From the human T2T-CHM13v2.0 reference genome, Homo sapiens: 64,000 nucleotides of DNA. The notes beneath the pieces were generated by a model. It did no database searches, had not been told where the DNA came from, and was given only the letters and a program-made list of their open reading frames with translations. Where the stretch lies: NCBI RefSeq assembly GCF_009914755.1, contig NC_060932.1, one strand, 5' to 3'. Numbering within the stretch: the first letter of the stretch is position 1; every line of letters begins with the position of its first letter. A program made the translations under genes and the position numbers. Of this stretch, positions 25,979-36,512 are shown piece after piece.

Positions 25979-26631
25979 ATGAGCTACCTCCATTTTATAT
26001 TATTTCCAAATAGGAAAAATAAGATAAGCATGCCTTTTGTGTCTTTAGTGATGACACTGCTGATCATGTACGCAAGATGCTGGGGAGGCAGGGGCCTCCT
26101 GCAGGTCATTGGCGGCAGCTTTCCCACTGGTGTTAAGTCATTAACATATTCTTGGCATCATTATGAAACCAGCTACAGACTGACCTAACCATGCCATAAA
26201 ATATTGACTTCACTTCACCGTTTCATGTGAATTTCAGGAGCGATATCGCTAAATGCTTTGCTGAAATATAAATACTTTTGCCACAATGTACTGTGATTAT
26301 GTAAGACATTAGCATTGAAGGAGGCTGGGTGAAGGGTACCAGGGAACTCTCTATATTATTTTTGCAAGTCTTCGTGAGTCTTAAACTATTTCAGAATAAA
26401 AAGGCATCAAAATACATATTAGAAACACATTATGTCAATGGCATTTTCTGCCTTTGTTTGATCTTGTAGAACCCATACCGGCTCATACAGATCTGTTATT
26501 TAAGTAAGCTGAAGCGTAACTTCAGTTGGTGGAGAAGGGATTAAGGTAAGGATTTTGCTTATATATGTGAGCCTAGAGGTAACAGGAGCGAGACATAGCA
26601 AAGGGGAGGAAAGGGTGAGAATGCATCTTAC

Positions 26632-26880
26632 CCAAGGCTGGGAGAGTGTGGGAGGCACTGAACCATGTGGCTGTGGCCCTGGCTGGAAGCTCAGGAGGCC
26701 TGCCTGTGTTCAGGGTCTCCTCTGTTTCTGAAGGAGCAGCTGTCTCTGTCCAGGGAGAGGATCTCAGAGCAGATGCCCAGGGTGTGCTCTGGGTCCAGTG
26801 TCCGGGGCTTGTACTTGGTAGTGTTTTCTGGCTTTTGGTTGTGGGCTTTGAAGTCCTGGCAGTTCCCCTGGTAGCTGCAC
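26632..26880 (-). CDS. HHLA1: HHLA1 exon 11, S/T/P-rich mucin-like: (G)AATRGTARTSK...SHTLPAL
   Basis: ctgaag|GT GCA GCT ... TTG G|gtaaga, 249 nt, phase 1-1; lies within ORF 26573..27127. Confidence 0.92.
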
Positions 26881-27149
26881 CTTCAGGGAGGCAGTCAATG
26901 GTAACATTAACATGCTTGACACTTTGGGCATAAAAAAACTGAAAGGTCACTGGACTGCAAATATATGAATGTGGAGATTCAAACCTTTCTCTAATTAAAA
27001 GTATCAGGCATTTGCTATGTTTCCTGAACAGATTCTGACCCCTGTCAGAGCCTTTCTTCCACCTCCAGCCCTCAGCCTCTCCAGGACTCTGGTACATGTC
27101 TTTGGAAGAGGAATTAGTCTCCTCCATATGCCTTATGGATACAACTAAA

Positions 27150-27602
27150 TTTCATGTGCGTCCGTGTGAAGAGACCACCAAACAGGCTTTGTGTGAGCAA
27201 TAAAGCTGTTTATTTCACCTGGGTGCAGGCGGGCTGAGTCCGAAAAGAGAGTCAGTGAAGGGAGATAAGGGTGGGGCCGTTTTATAGGATTTGGGTAGGT
27301 AAAGGAAAATTACAGTCAAAGGGGGTTTGTTCTCTGGCGGGCAGGAGTGGGGGTCTCAAGGTGCTCAGTGGGGGTGCTTTTTGAGCCAGGATGAGCCAGG
27401 AAGAGGACTTTCACAAGGTAATGTCATCAGTTAAGGCAAGGACCGGCCATTTACACTTCTTTTGTGGTGGAATGTCATCAGTTAAGGTGGGGCAAGGCAT
27501 ATTCACTTCTTTTGTGATTCTTCAGTTACTTCAGGCCATCTGGGCGTATAGGTGCAAGTCACAGGGGTTGCGATGGCTTGGCTTGGGCTCAGAGGCCTGA
27601 CA
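27150..27602 (-). mobile_element. HERV-H 3' LTR (LTR7); AATAAA at 27209-27214
   Basis: Direct repeat of the 5' LTR with 7 substitutions in 453 bp by manual alignment. Confidence 0.95.
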
Positions 27603-29568
27603 TGCCTGCCTTCTTATATTAATAAGAAAAATAAAATAGTGTTGAAGTGTTGGGGTGGCGAAAATTTTTGGGGGGTGGTATGGAGAGAGAATGGGCGATG
27701 TTTCTCAGGGCTGCTTCAAGCGGGATTAGGGGCAGCGTGGGAACCTAGAGTGGGAGAGATTAAGCTGAAGGGAGGTCTTGTGGTAAGGGGTGATATTGTG
27801 GGGATGTTAGAAGAAACATTTGTTGTATAGAATGATAGGTGATGGCCTGGATACAGTTTTGTATGAATTGAAAAACTAAATGGAATAAGAGAAGGAGAAA
27901 AACAGGTATAAAAGGACTAAGAATTGGGAGGACCTAGGACATCTAATTAGAGAGTGCCTAAGGAGATTCAGCATAGTCCTGCCAGCAAAGATTATTTATT
28001 TACTTCAAGAGTTAAGAGTGGCAGTTTGGGGATAGCACCAGTAGATATCAGCTGTGATGGCTTGCAAAAAACAGTGTAAACCGGCAGTGTAAACAAGAGC
28101 AGGGCATGTATGAGTAGTTGAGAACGGTGAATAGGTGTATGACTAGACAGAAGATAGTAGGGATGACAAGTTTTTTGGGGCACAGTCTAAGTTGGTCTGG
28201 TGTCTGGAATGAGAAGCATCTATACAGGAGCCTAAATGGGCTGTACCCTGTAGCATTCCGAGGACAGGCCTGAATTCTGAGAAGGGAAAGTGGTAAAAGT
28301 ATTGTCCAGTCCTTTTTAAGTTGGTGGCTGAGCTTGGTGAGGTGTGTTTTTAAAAGACCTTTAGTCCATTCTACTTTTCTTGAAGACGGAGGACCGTAAG
28401 GGATATAAAGCTTTCACTGAATACTAAGAGCCTGAAAAACTGCTTGGCTGATTTGACTAATAAAGGCTCATCTGTTATCAGACTGTATTGAGGTGGGAAG
28501 GCTTAACTGAGGAATTATGTCTGACAGAACAGAAGAAATGACTGCGGTGGCCTTCTCAGACCCTGTAGGAAAGGCTTCTACCTATCCAGTGAAAGTGTCT
28601 ACCTAGACTAAGAGGTATTTTAGTTATCTGACTCAGGGCATGTTGAGTAAAGCTAATTTGCCAGTCCTGGGTGGCGCAAATCCTCGAGCTTCATGTGTAC
28701 GGAAGGGAGGGGGCCTGAATAATCCCTGAGGAGTAGTAGAATAGCAGATGGGACACTGAGAAGTTATTTCCTTGAGGATAGATTTCCACGATGGAAAGGA
28801 AATGAGAGGTTCTAAGAGGTGGGCTAGTGGCTTGTACTATAGTATAACCTGCCTTTGCTGGTGTGTGGCGATTAGGCCTGGTGGAACTGCCATCAATAAA
28901 TCAAGCGTGATCAGGGTGAGGAACAGGAAAGAAGGAAATTTGGGGAAATGGGGTGAATGTCAGGTGGATCAGAGAGATACAGTAATGGGGGCCAGGTGTG
29001 GTATCAGGAATAATGTGGGAGGCCGGACTGAAGTCCAGGCCAGGAACAATGGTAATTGTGGGAGACTCAACAAAGAGTGAGTATAGCTGAAGGAGCCAGG
29101 AAGCAGAAAGTATATGCATCAGCTATGAGGAAGAAAATAGATTTTGGAAGTTATGAGAACTGTAGAGAGTGAGTTGAGCATAGTTTGTGATTTTGAGGGC
29201 CTCTAAAAGCATTAAAGCAGCAGCAGCCGCTGCACGCAGACATGAGGGCTAGGCTAAAACAGTAAGGTCAAGTTGTTTGGACAGAAAGGCTACAGGGTGT
29301 GGTCCTGGCTCTTGTGTAAGAATTCTGACCACACTAACCATGCCTAGGAAAGAAAGGAGTTGTTGTTTTGTAGAAGATGCTGGGGTTTGAGAGATCAGTC
29401 GGACACGATTGGCAGGGAGAGCACGTGTGTTTTTATGAGAATTATGCCGAGATAGGTAACAGATGAGGAAGAAATTTGGGCTTGATTGAAGTAATGGGGG
29501 CTGTCTGTGAAGCTTTGCAGCAGTACAGCCTTGGTAATTTGCTGAGCCTAATGGGTGTCAGAGTCAGT

Positions 29569-29961
29569 CTAAGTGAAAGCAAAGAGAGGCTGGGACGAGG
29601 GGTGCAGGGGAATAGTGAAAAAAGCATCTTTAAGATCAAGCACGGAATAGTGAGTTGTGGAGGAAGGTATTGAGGACAAAAGAGGGTACGGGTTGGGCAC
29701 CACAGGGTGGACAGGCAAAACAATTTCGTTGATAAGGTGCAGATCCTGAACTAACTTGTAAGGCTTGTCTGGTTTTAGGACAGGTAAAATGGGGGAATTG
29801 TAAGGAGAGTTTATAGGGTTTAAAAGGCCATGCTGTAGCAGGTGAGTGATAACAGGCTTTAATCTTTTTAAAGCGTGCTGCAGGATGGGATATTGGCATT
29901 GAGTGGGGTAAGGGTGATTAGGTTTTAATGAGATGGTAAGGGGTGCATGATTGGTCGCCAA
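29569..29961 (-). pseudogene. HERV-H reverse transcriptase N-terminal remnant
   Basis: SPYNSPILPVLKPD, LVQDL, SVLDLKDAFFTIPL and QPLFAFT, followed by a stop. Confidence 0.9.
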
Positions 29962-30114
29962 GGAGGGAGTAGAGGTATCTTATACTTGTGGGTTAAGGTG
30001 GGGGGGATACAAGAGGAGGACGCAAAGGAGGCTTTGGATTGGGAAGAAGGGTGGCATCAGATATAGCTGTAGTCCAGGAATAGTCAGGGAAGCAGATAAT
30101 TTAGTTAAAGTATC

Positions 30115-30339
30115 TCAGCCTAATAAGGGAAATGCACAGGTGGGGATAACTAAAAAGGAGTGCTTAAAAGAGTATTGTCTAAGTTGGCACCAGAGTTGGG
30201 GAGTTTTAAGAGGTTTAGAAGCCTGGCCGTCAATACCCACAACAGTTATGGAGGCAAGGGAAACAGGCCCTTGAAAAGAAGGTAATGTGGAGTGGGTAGC
30301 CTCCATATTGATTAAGAAGGGGACGGGCTTACCTTCCAC
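30115..30339 (-). pseudogene. HERV-H protease remnant
   Basis: FLINMEATHSTL is a degenerate FLIDTGA active-site motif; also VVGIDG and HSFLVIPTC. Confidence 0.8.
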
Positions 30340-30519
30340 TGTGAGAGTTACCCGAAGCTTGGCATCCGTGATGGTCTAGGGGGCTTCCGAGGCAATCGGG
30401 CAGTGTCAGTCTTCAGCCGCTAAGCCAAGAAGATCTGGGAAGGAGTCAGTCAGAGAGCCTTGGGCCAGCGTTCCAAGGGCTCTGGGAGTGGCTGCCAGGT
30501 GAGTTGAACAGTCCGATTT

Positions 30520-30756
30520 TCAGTGGGGTCCCACACAGATGGGACGCGGCTTAGGAGGAATCCCAGGCTGCGGGCATTCCTTGGCCCAGTGGCCAGATTT
30601 CCAGCACATGTAGCAAGCTCCTGTGGGAGGAGGTTCTGGAGGAACGCCTGGCCGCTGCGGTTCGGGCGTTTGGAAGTTCTTGTGTGCTGGAGATGTGGCT
30701 GGGGTTTGTCTCACAGTGGAGGCAAGGAATTGCAACTTTTTTCTATTATTGTACAC
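30520..30756 (-). pseudogene. HERV-H gag nucleocapsid fragment
   Basis: CYMCWKSGHWAKEC is a CX2CX4HX4C zinc knuckle. Confidence 0.85.
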
Positions 30757-32311
30757 CTTGAAGGCAAGGTTAATTAAATCCTGTTGTGGGGTTTGAGGGC
30801 CGGAATTTAATTTTTGGAGTTTTATTTAATGTCGGGAGCAGATTGGGTGATAAAATGTATTTTGAGAATAAGACGGCCTTTTGACCTTTTAGGGTCTAGG
30901 GCTATAAAGCGTCTCAGGGTTGCTGCCAAACAAGTCATGAACTGGGCTGGATTTTTATATTTGATGAAAAAGAGCCTAAATGCTATCTGATTTGGGATAA
31001 AGAAAAAGGAGCATTAACCTTGACTATGCCTTTGGCTCCAGCCACCTTTTTAAGAGTAAATTGCTGGGCAGGTGGGGGAGGGCTAGTCAGGGAACGAAAC
31101 TGTAAGCCAGACCAGGTGTGAGGAGGGGAGGTGATAAAAAGATTATAGGGTGGAGGAGCAGAGGCTGAGGGAGAATTGGGACCTAGCTCGGCCTGGCGAG
31201 GAGCAGCCTGGGGAGGAAGGGAGAGGTCAGATGGGTCTGTAGAAAAGGAAGATTAGAAAGACTCAGCGACGCTTGGGGTTGGTACTGAGGGGACAGGCTG
31301 GAGGGAAAGAAGGAAGATTTGGGACGAGTTGCACTGGGCACAGGGACTAGGAAGGGACTGAGTGTGTAAAAGAATGCCTGGACGTCAGGCACCTCAGACA
31401 GTTTGCCTATTTTACGACAAGAATTATTTAGATTTTGCAGGATGGAGAAATTCAAAGTGCCATTTTCTGGCTATTTGGAACTACTGTCGAGTTTGTACTG
31501 GGGTCAAGCGGCATTGCAGAAGAAAATAAGGCATTTAGGTTTTAGGTCAGGTGTGAGTTGAAGAGGTTTTAAATTTTTGAGAACACAGGCTAAGGGATAA
31601 GAAGGAGGAATGGAAGGTGGAAGCTTACCCATAGTGAAGGAGGCAAGCCTAGAGAAAAGACTTGAGACACAGAGAAGGGGTGGGGGTGGTGGTTCTTGCC
31701 CTCCAGAAAAGTAGAGAAGGGGTTGGGGCACAGAAATAAGGGATTGGGGCACAGAGATAAGAGGTTGGGGTGTGGAAATAAGCGATTGGGGGGTTCTTGC
31801 CGCCTAGGAAAGCAGGACTTGCCGCTAAGGGTGAAGGAGAAGGGGTTGAGGGGTACTTGCCCCTGCCCCAGGAAAGTGGGACGTGCCGCTAAGGGTGAAG
31901 GAGAAGGGGTTGAGGGGTATTTGCCCCTGCCCCAGGAAAGCAGAGAAGGGGTAGAGACAAGGAGAGAAGGGGTTGGAGTACTTGCCCCTTCCCCAGAAAA
32001 GTGGGACTTGCCGCTAAGGGTGAAGGACCAAGGCAGGCATCCCTGCGTGGTCTGACACCCTTGAAACGTGAGTGTATAATCAGAGAGGCATCCCTGCAAT
32101 GATTAAACACCAAGGGAAGGCTGCCTTCCCAGTCCGTGACCGGCGCTGGAGTTTTGGGTTCACGGATAAAACATATCTCCTTTGCCTCTACCAGAAAATG
32201 AAAGGAATTGAAATTAAGAGAAGGGGGAGATTGAAGTGTGGTGCCAAGATTGAAAGGAGAAAGAGGTTGAGGGATAGTGAGGGAGGTTGGAGATGAGAGT
32301 AAAAAGAGGCC

Positions 32312-32320
32312 GCTTACCGG
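32312..32320 (-). promoter_or_regulatory. HERV-H major splice donor CCG|GTAAGC (last exonic base 32318)
   Basis: Strong GTAAG donor about 145 nt past the 5' LTR, where the HERV-H leader donor is expected. Confidence 0.85.
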
Positions 32321-32442
32321 ATTTGAAATTGGTGAGATGTTTCTTGGGCTGGTCTGTCTGAGGACCTGAGGTCGTAGGTGGATCTTTCTCATGGAGCAAA
32401 GAACAGGAGGACGGGGATTGATTTCCCAAGGGAGGTCCCCCG

Positions 32443-32460
32443 ATCCGAGTGACGGCACCA
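32443..32460 (-). other. Primer-binding site complementary to the tRNA-His 3' end
   Basis: TGGTGCCGTCACTCGGAT lies 2 nt after the 5' LTR. Confidence 0.9.
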
Positions 32461-32462
32461 AA

Positions 32463-32915
32463 TTTCATGCGCGTCCGTGTGAAGAGACCACCAAACAGGC
32501 TTTGTGTGAGCAATAAAGCTGTTTATTTCACCTGGGTGCAGGCGGGCTGAGTCCGAAAAGAGAGTCAGTGAAGGGAGATAAGGGTGGGGCCGTTTTATAG
32601 GATTTGGGTAGGTAAAGGAAAATTACAGTCAAAGGGGGTTTGTTCTCTGGCGGGCAGGAGTGGGGGTCACAAGGTGCTCAGTGGGGGTGCTTTTTGAGCC
32701 AGGGTGAGCCAGGAAAAGGACTTTCACAAGGTAATGTCATCACTTAAGGCAAGGACTGGCCATTTACACTTCTTTTGTGGTGGAATGTCATCAGTTAAGG
32801 TGGGGCAGGGCATATTCACTTCTTTTGTGATTCTTCAGTTACTTCAGGCCATCTGGGCGTATAGGTGCAAGTCACAGGGGTTGCGATGGCTTGGCTTGGG
32901 CTCAGAGGCCTGACA
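32463..32915 (-). promoter_or_regulatory. HERV-H 5' LTR (LTR7, type I). TATA at 32593-32599, AATAAA at 32522-32527, two ACAAAAGA SOX-type motifs at 32771-32778 and 32821-32828
   Basis: Minus strand runs TGTCAGGCCTCTGAGCCC ... CGCGCATGAAA, with a ~50-bp U3 tandem repeat and CCTATAAAACGG. Confidence 0.95.
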
Positions 32916-34565
32916 CTAAAAACCAAAAGTGAAATTTGGGGGAATAAGAAGCTCCCAGACAGAAACAGCTTGAAAAACAGGCTCCCATAGAGTTAGCAGG
33001 AGGGCTTAATTCAGAGGGAAATCTACCCAGCATCCTTGGTTGCTCCACGAAGAAAAGAAGGAAGTGGGCTCAGATATTAGTTTCACTTTATATCTTCCCT
33101 AGGGAAGGCTCAAGTGGTGGCAGCAGTGGATATGACGATGACAGGCTCCTATTAGCCCATAGAGTCCCGTTGGGAAGACAAAGACTGGCCTATAGTCTGG
33201 TGGGCAGAGCCTGTGTTGGATTTTGGCCCTCACCTCCCCCAGAATGCATGTAGAATGTGAACTGTCTAATTGCAGGAGTGGCCTTGCAGCCTCATTTCCT
33301 CTCTCTGTGCTACTTGGCCCATTAACACCCTGCGTGCAACACCAGCCTGAGCCTTGCTCCCAGATCAACCAGACATGGGGCTAAGTACATCCAGCCAAAC
33401 TATCACTCAGCCAGGTACTTGCTTTCAGGCACATCAACTTTAGCATCAGCTTGTAAATATGTTCTCTCTTCCTAAGCATTTGTTCTTGTTGAAGGAGCAC
33501 AAAGTGGGACAATTAATTGAGACTGGCGTGTGTGTGTGTTGAGGGGGGTGTGGTGGGAATGTCATGGAAAGACTCTCCAAATAAATGAGATTGACTCAAC
33601 CCTAAGATCTGTCCTGAGAATCGGGCAGGTGAAGGTAATCTACCAACTGCCCATTTCATCTTCTTATCAAGTAGTCTTGTCCCATACAAACTGAGGTTCC
33701 TTCCATAGCATAATCAAAAGATGCCCTACAATAAATATAAAGCAAAGTAGCCCCTGAAGTGGAGTTGCAGATTTATTGTATCCTTCATTGCACTTCAAGA
33801 GAAAGTAATGAAGAGCCCACTATGTGCAAGGCACCAAGGGGAAGGCAGGCTGTGAGGCTGAAGGAAACTACTTATTCTACCTTAAAGTTCCTTTCATTGA
33901 GGAGACACACATAGAAATGTCAACTGTGTTGCAACCTGGAGTAACGTAGAGTCCAAATGACATACAAGTGCTGTGTTATGGGACCGTAGAAGACAAAGAC
34001 TGACTTTTATTGGGGGATATTTAAAAAAGAGGAGGTAGTGTCTAAGCTGGCAATTGACAGGCAAATAGGGTTCTGAAATATGGAAAAGTAGGGAAGGAGT
34101 TCCAGATGGAGACAACAGCATGCCCAATGTGGCACAGAGGGGCATGAGGGTGGGGCATGGTTAGGTAGGGACTGGGTATTACAGAGTGGCCAGGTCTCCA
34201 GCATGGGGTCACAAATTCAAATATCTACAAAACCCAAGTAGTTAATATGAGAAAAAAGTGGAAGGCAACAGGGGGCAGACAGGACTATGGAAAAGAAGGA
34301 AAAGGTGCCCTTCCTAGTGGGGGAATGAGAGTGGCAGTTCCTCAGCTCCAGTTGCTTATTGCCATGTGTTGGGGGGAAGATCTAGAATTGCCAGACCTTT
34401 TGCAAGAGAATCCAGAAATTCATTTTTTTAAAATGACGAAGTTCTCTGATTTTTAATACAGTATAGCGAAACACAACACCTGAGGGCAGCTTTCAGTCAT
34501 TAGTGTGCCAGGTGGGACCCTGGTCTGGAGAGTCTATGGGAGGAGTTTGGGAGGTTGGTACTCAC

Positions 34566-34652
34566 CCAGAACACCAGACAAGCCGCTGGTAAATGTGTAA
34601 TTGATAATGGGATATTTTTCTTCTATCTCCCAGAAGTCAGAAAGATTCCTTC
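34566..34652 (-). CDS. HHLA1: HHLA1 exon 10: (G)RNLSDFWEIEEKYPIINYTFTSGLSGVL
   Basis: tttgcag|GA AGG ... CTG G|gtgagt, 87 nt, phase 1-1. Confidence 0.93.
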
Positions 34653-34757
34653 CTGCAAAAATCACACCAACAGGGTCAGATCTTGGGTTTCATCTGCTGG
34701 ACAGTTTTGTCTATTTCTCAGCCCAGAGAGCTTGTCAAAGAATGTCTAGTGGTTTAC

Positions 34758-34814
34758 CTGACTTTCCTGTCATCACACAGATGAAGATGCAATCTGATTC
34801 ATTGCTTTGATTCA
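34758..34814 (-). CDS. HHLA1: HHLA1 exon 9: (V)NQSNESDCIFICVMTGKS
   Basis: cttacag|TG AAT ... TCA G|gtaaac, 57 nt, phase 1-1. Confidence 0.92.
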
Positions 34815-36428
34815 CTGTAAGACAAACGAGTATACAATAAGACTTAGCCATGGGTCTGAAGCTGTAAGTCTTTGATTGAAATGAAAATTAAGTTGAAAGT
34901 ACCTAACTTAGGATAATATAGGAAAATAAGCCTGACTCTTTACTCTTAAGGCAGTCCTCATTTTCCAATTTCTTTATTTTATTTGGCTGGGTTTGGGGGA
35001 TGGTGTAGTGGCTAAGGCAGAGTCTCTGAGGTCAGCTTCTAGGGTTACATCAGCTCTGCCACTTACTAGCTATGCAAACATGAATGAACTGCTTGACCTC
35101 TTCAGGACTCAGTTTGCCCCTTTATAAAATGGTGAAAATTCAAATCCCACAATCCCTCATTTGTAATTCCCAAATGCCCACATCTCTGTAAGACAACATG
35201 TTTTGTGTGAGCTTGGTACCCAAATTTGAAAAATGTGAAGCTATGATAGTTTTTATCTATCCTACTTAGTGTAAAGAGCTGAACGTTTTGCCAAATTACT
35301 ACTAACGTGTTTGATTACACTGGGCTTCTCTGGATGCTGTTGGAGAAGTTACATCAGGTAGGATGTGCACACTTTATTAGATCTTCAAAGCCTGAAAACT
35401 TCTGAATTCCTAAACATACTTTTCCCTGACGATGCTGCCTAAAGAACTGTGAACATGGGGTTGCATGTCTCTCATAGGATAACAGGAAAATCCAAGGAGA
35501 TAATGGGAGTGATGCACTAGGTATGGTGCCCAGCAGATAGAAGAGCACAGTAGCCAGAGTAATCATTATTGTTATTATTAATGTATTACTATGATTATAT
35601 ATATTAGGATAGTGACATAAGAGCACAGGCTAAGAGCCAGATCACCTGGTTTAGAATTCTGCTTCTGCAGAGTGATTTTGAGCAATTTACTTAACCCCTC
35701 TGTGACAGTTTCCTCACCTGTCAAGTAGGGATAAATATAGTAGCTGCCCCAAAAGGTTGTAGTGAGGATCCAATGAGAGAATACATGGAAAGCCCTTACA
35801 AGATTATCTGACACCTAATGATAGCTGTTACTATTTCTCTTTCTCCCTCCCTCCTGCTTTTAAAACAGTAGCTGCTCCACAGTGCATCACACCGTCTTTC
35901 TGCTGAGACCAGTTGTTGGACTGTTGAATAGATCCTTGCTTTTCAAAGTGGGTCCCTAAGGAAATGTGATTTTCCTGGGGGTTACATGAAACCACCTTAT
36001 AAATGAGGTGTATCATTCTTAACTGTACTCCAAACATGGGCTTAGGCTCCATATAGATTTAAACCTGAATTCTGGCACCAAACTTAAGCAAAATATTCAA
36101 CCTCTCTGGATCTCAGTTTTGTCCTCCTTAAAATGGGGGTATATCTACTCACCAGATGTTTTCTTGAGTCTGCCTACGTTCCTTAAACTTTTGAGCTTTG
36201 GATTCTTCCTCCAACTTTGTGGATCCCAGAAATATGAAGACTTAAATATTGGTGCATTTACTGGTGTGGAAACTGGACCACACTGATTATCTAAATAAAG
36301 ATTACATGAACGTTTCTGGCAGCCTGGCCTATAGCAGGGGTTGGGGTGAGGAACATAATATGCTTCATTATCTACCACAACAGATGCTAAACCTCAAAGT
36401 TGCCAAAGCGTTTTCAAGATGAACACAC

Positions 36429-36512
36429 CTGAGAGGATGGAGGTTGACTTAAAAATCTCTGTGAGGTAGCTGGTAGAATTGCCAATGATATCTACCAGTA
36501 GAGCTGTAAAAT
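36429..36512 (-). CDS. HHLA1: HHLA1 exon 8: (D)FTALLVDIIGNSTSYLTEIFKSTSILS
   Basis: cttgcag|AT TTT ... TCA G|gtgtgt, 84 nt, phase 1-1. Confidence 0.92.

Larger units (their letters stand above)
27150..32915 (-). mobile_element. HERV-H provirus, 5766 bp, deleted (pol/env-truncated) type, in HHLA1 intron 10, same orientation as HHLA1
   Basis: Two 453-bp LTRs, 5-bp target-site duplication CTAAA (27145-27149 and 32916-32920), tRNA-His primer-binding site, purine tract before the 3' LTR, and gag/pro/RT motifs in broken ORFs. Confidence 0.97.

Noticed and set aside
26678-26693. ELPAR peptide shared by exon 11 and exon 5
   Set aside because: Five-residue match with different codons and no flanking similarity; likely chance.
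28000-31750. Intact retroviral gag/pol/env
   Set aside because: Frames are broken by stops and frameshifts, the protease active site is degenerate, and the element is too short for full pol and env.
32443-32460. tRNA-His gene
   Set aside because: Only the 18-nt primer-binding complement; no cloverleaf or Pol III boxes.
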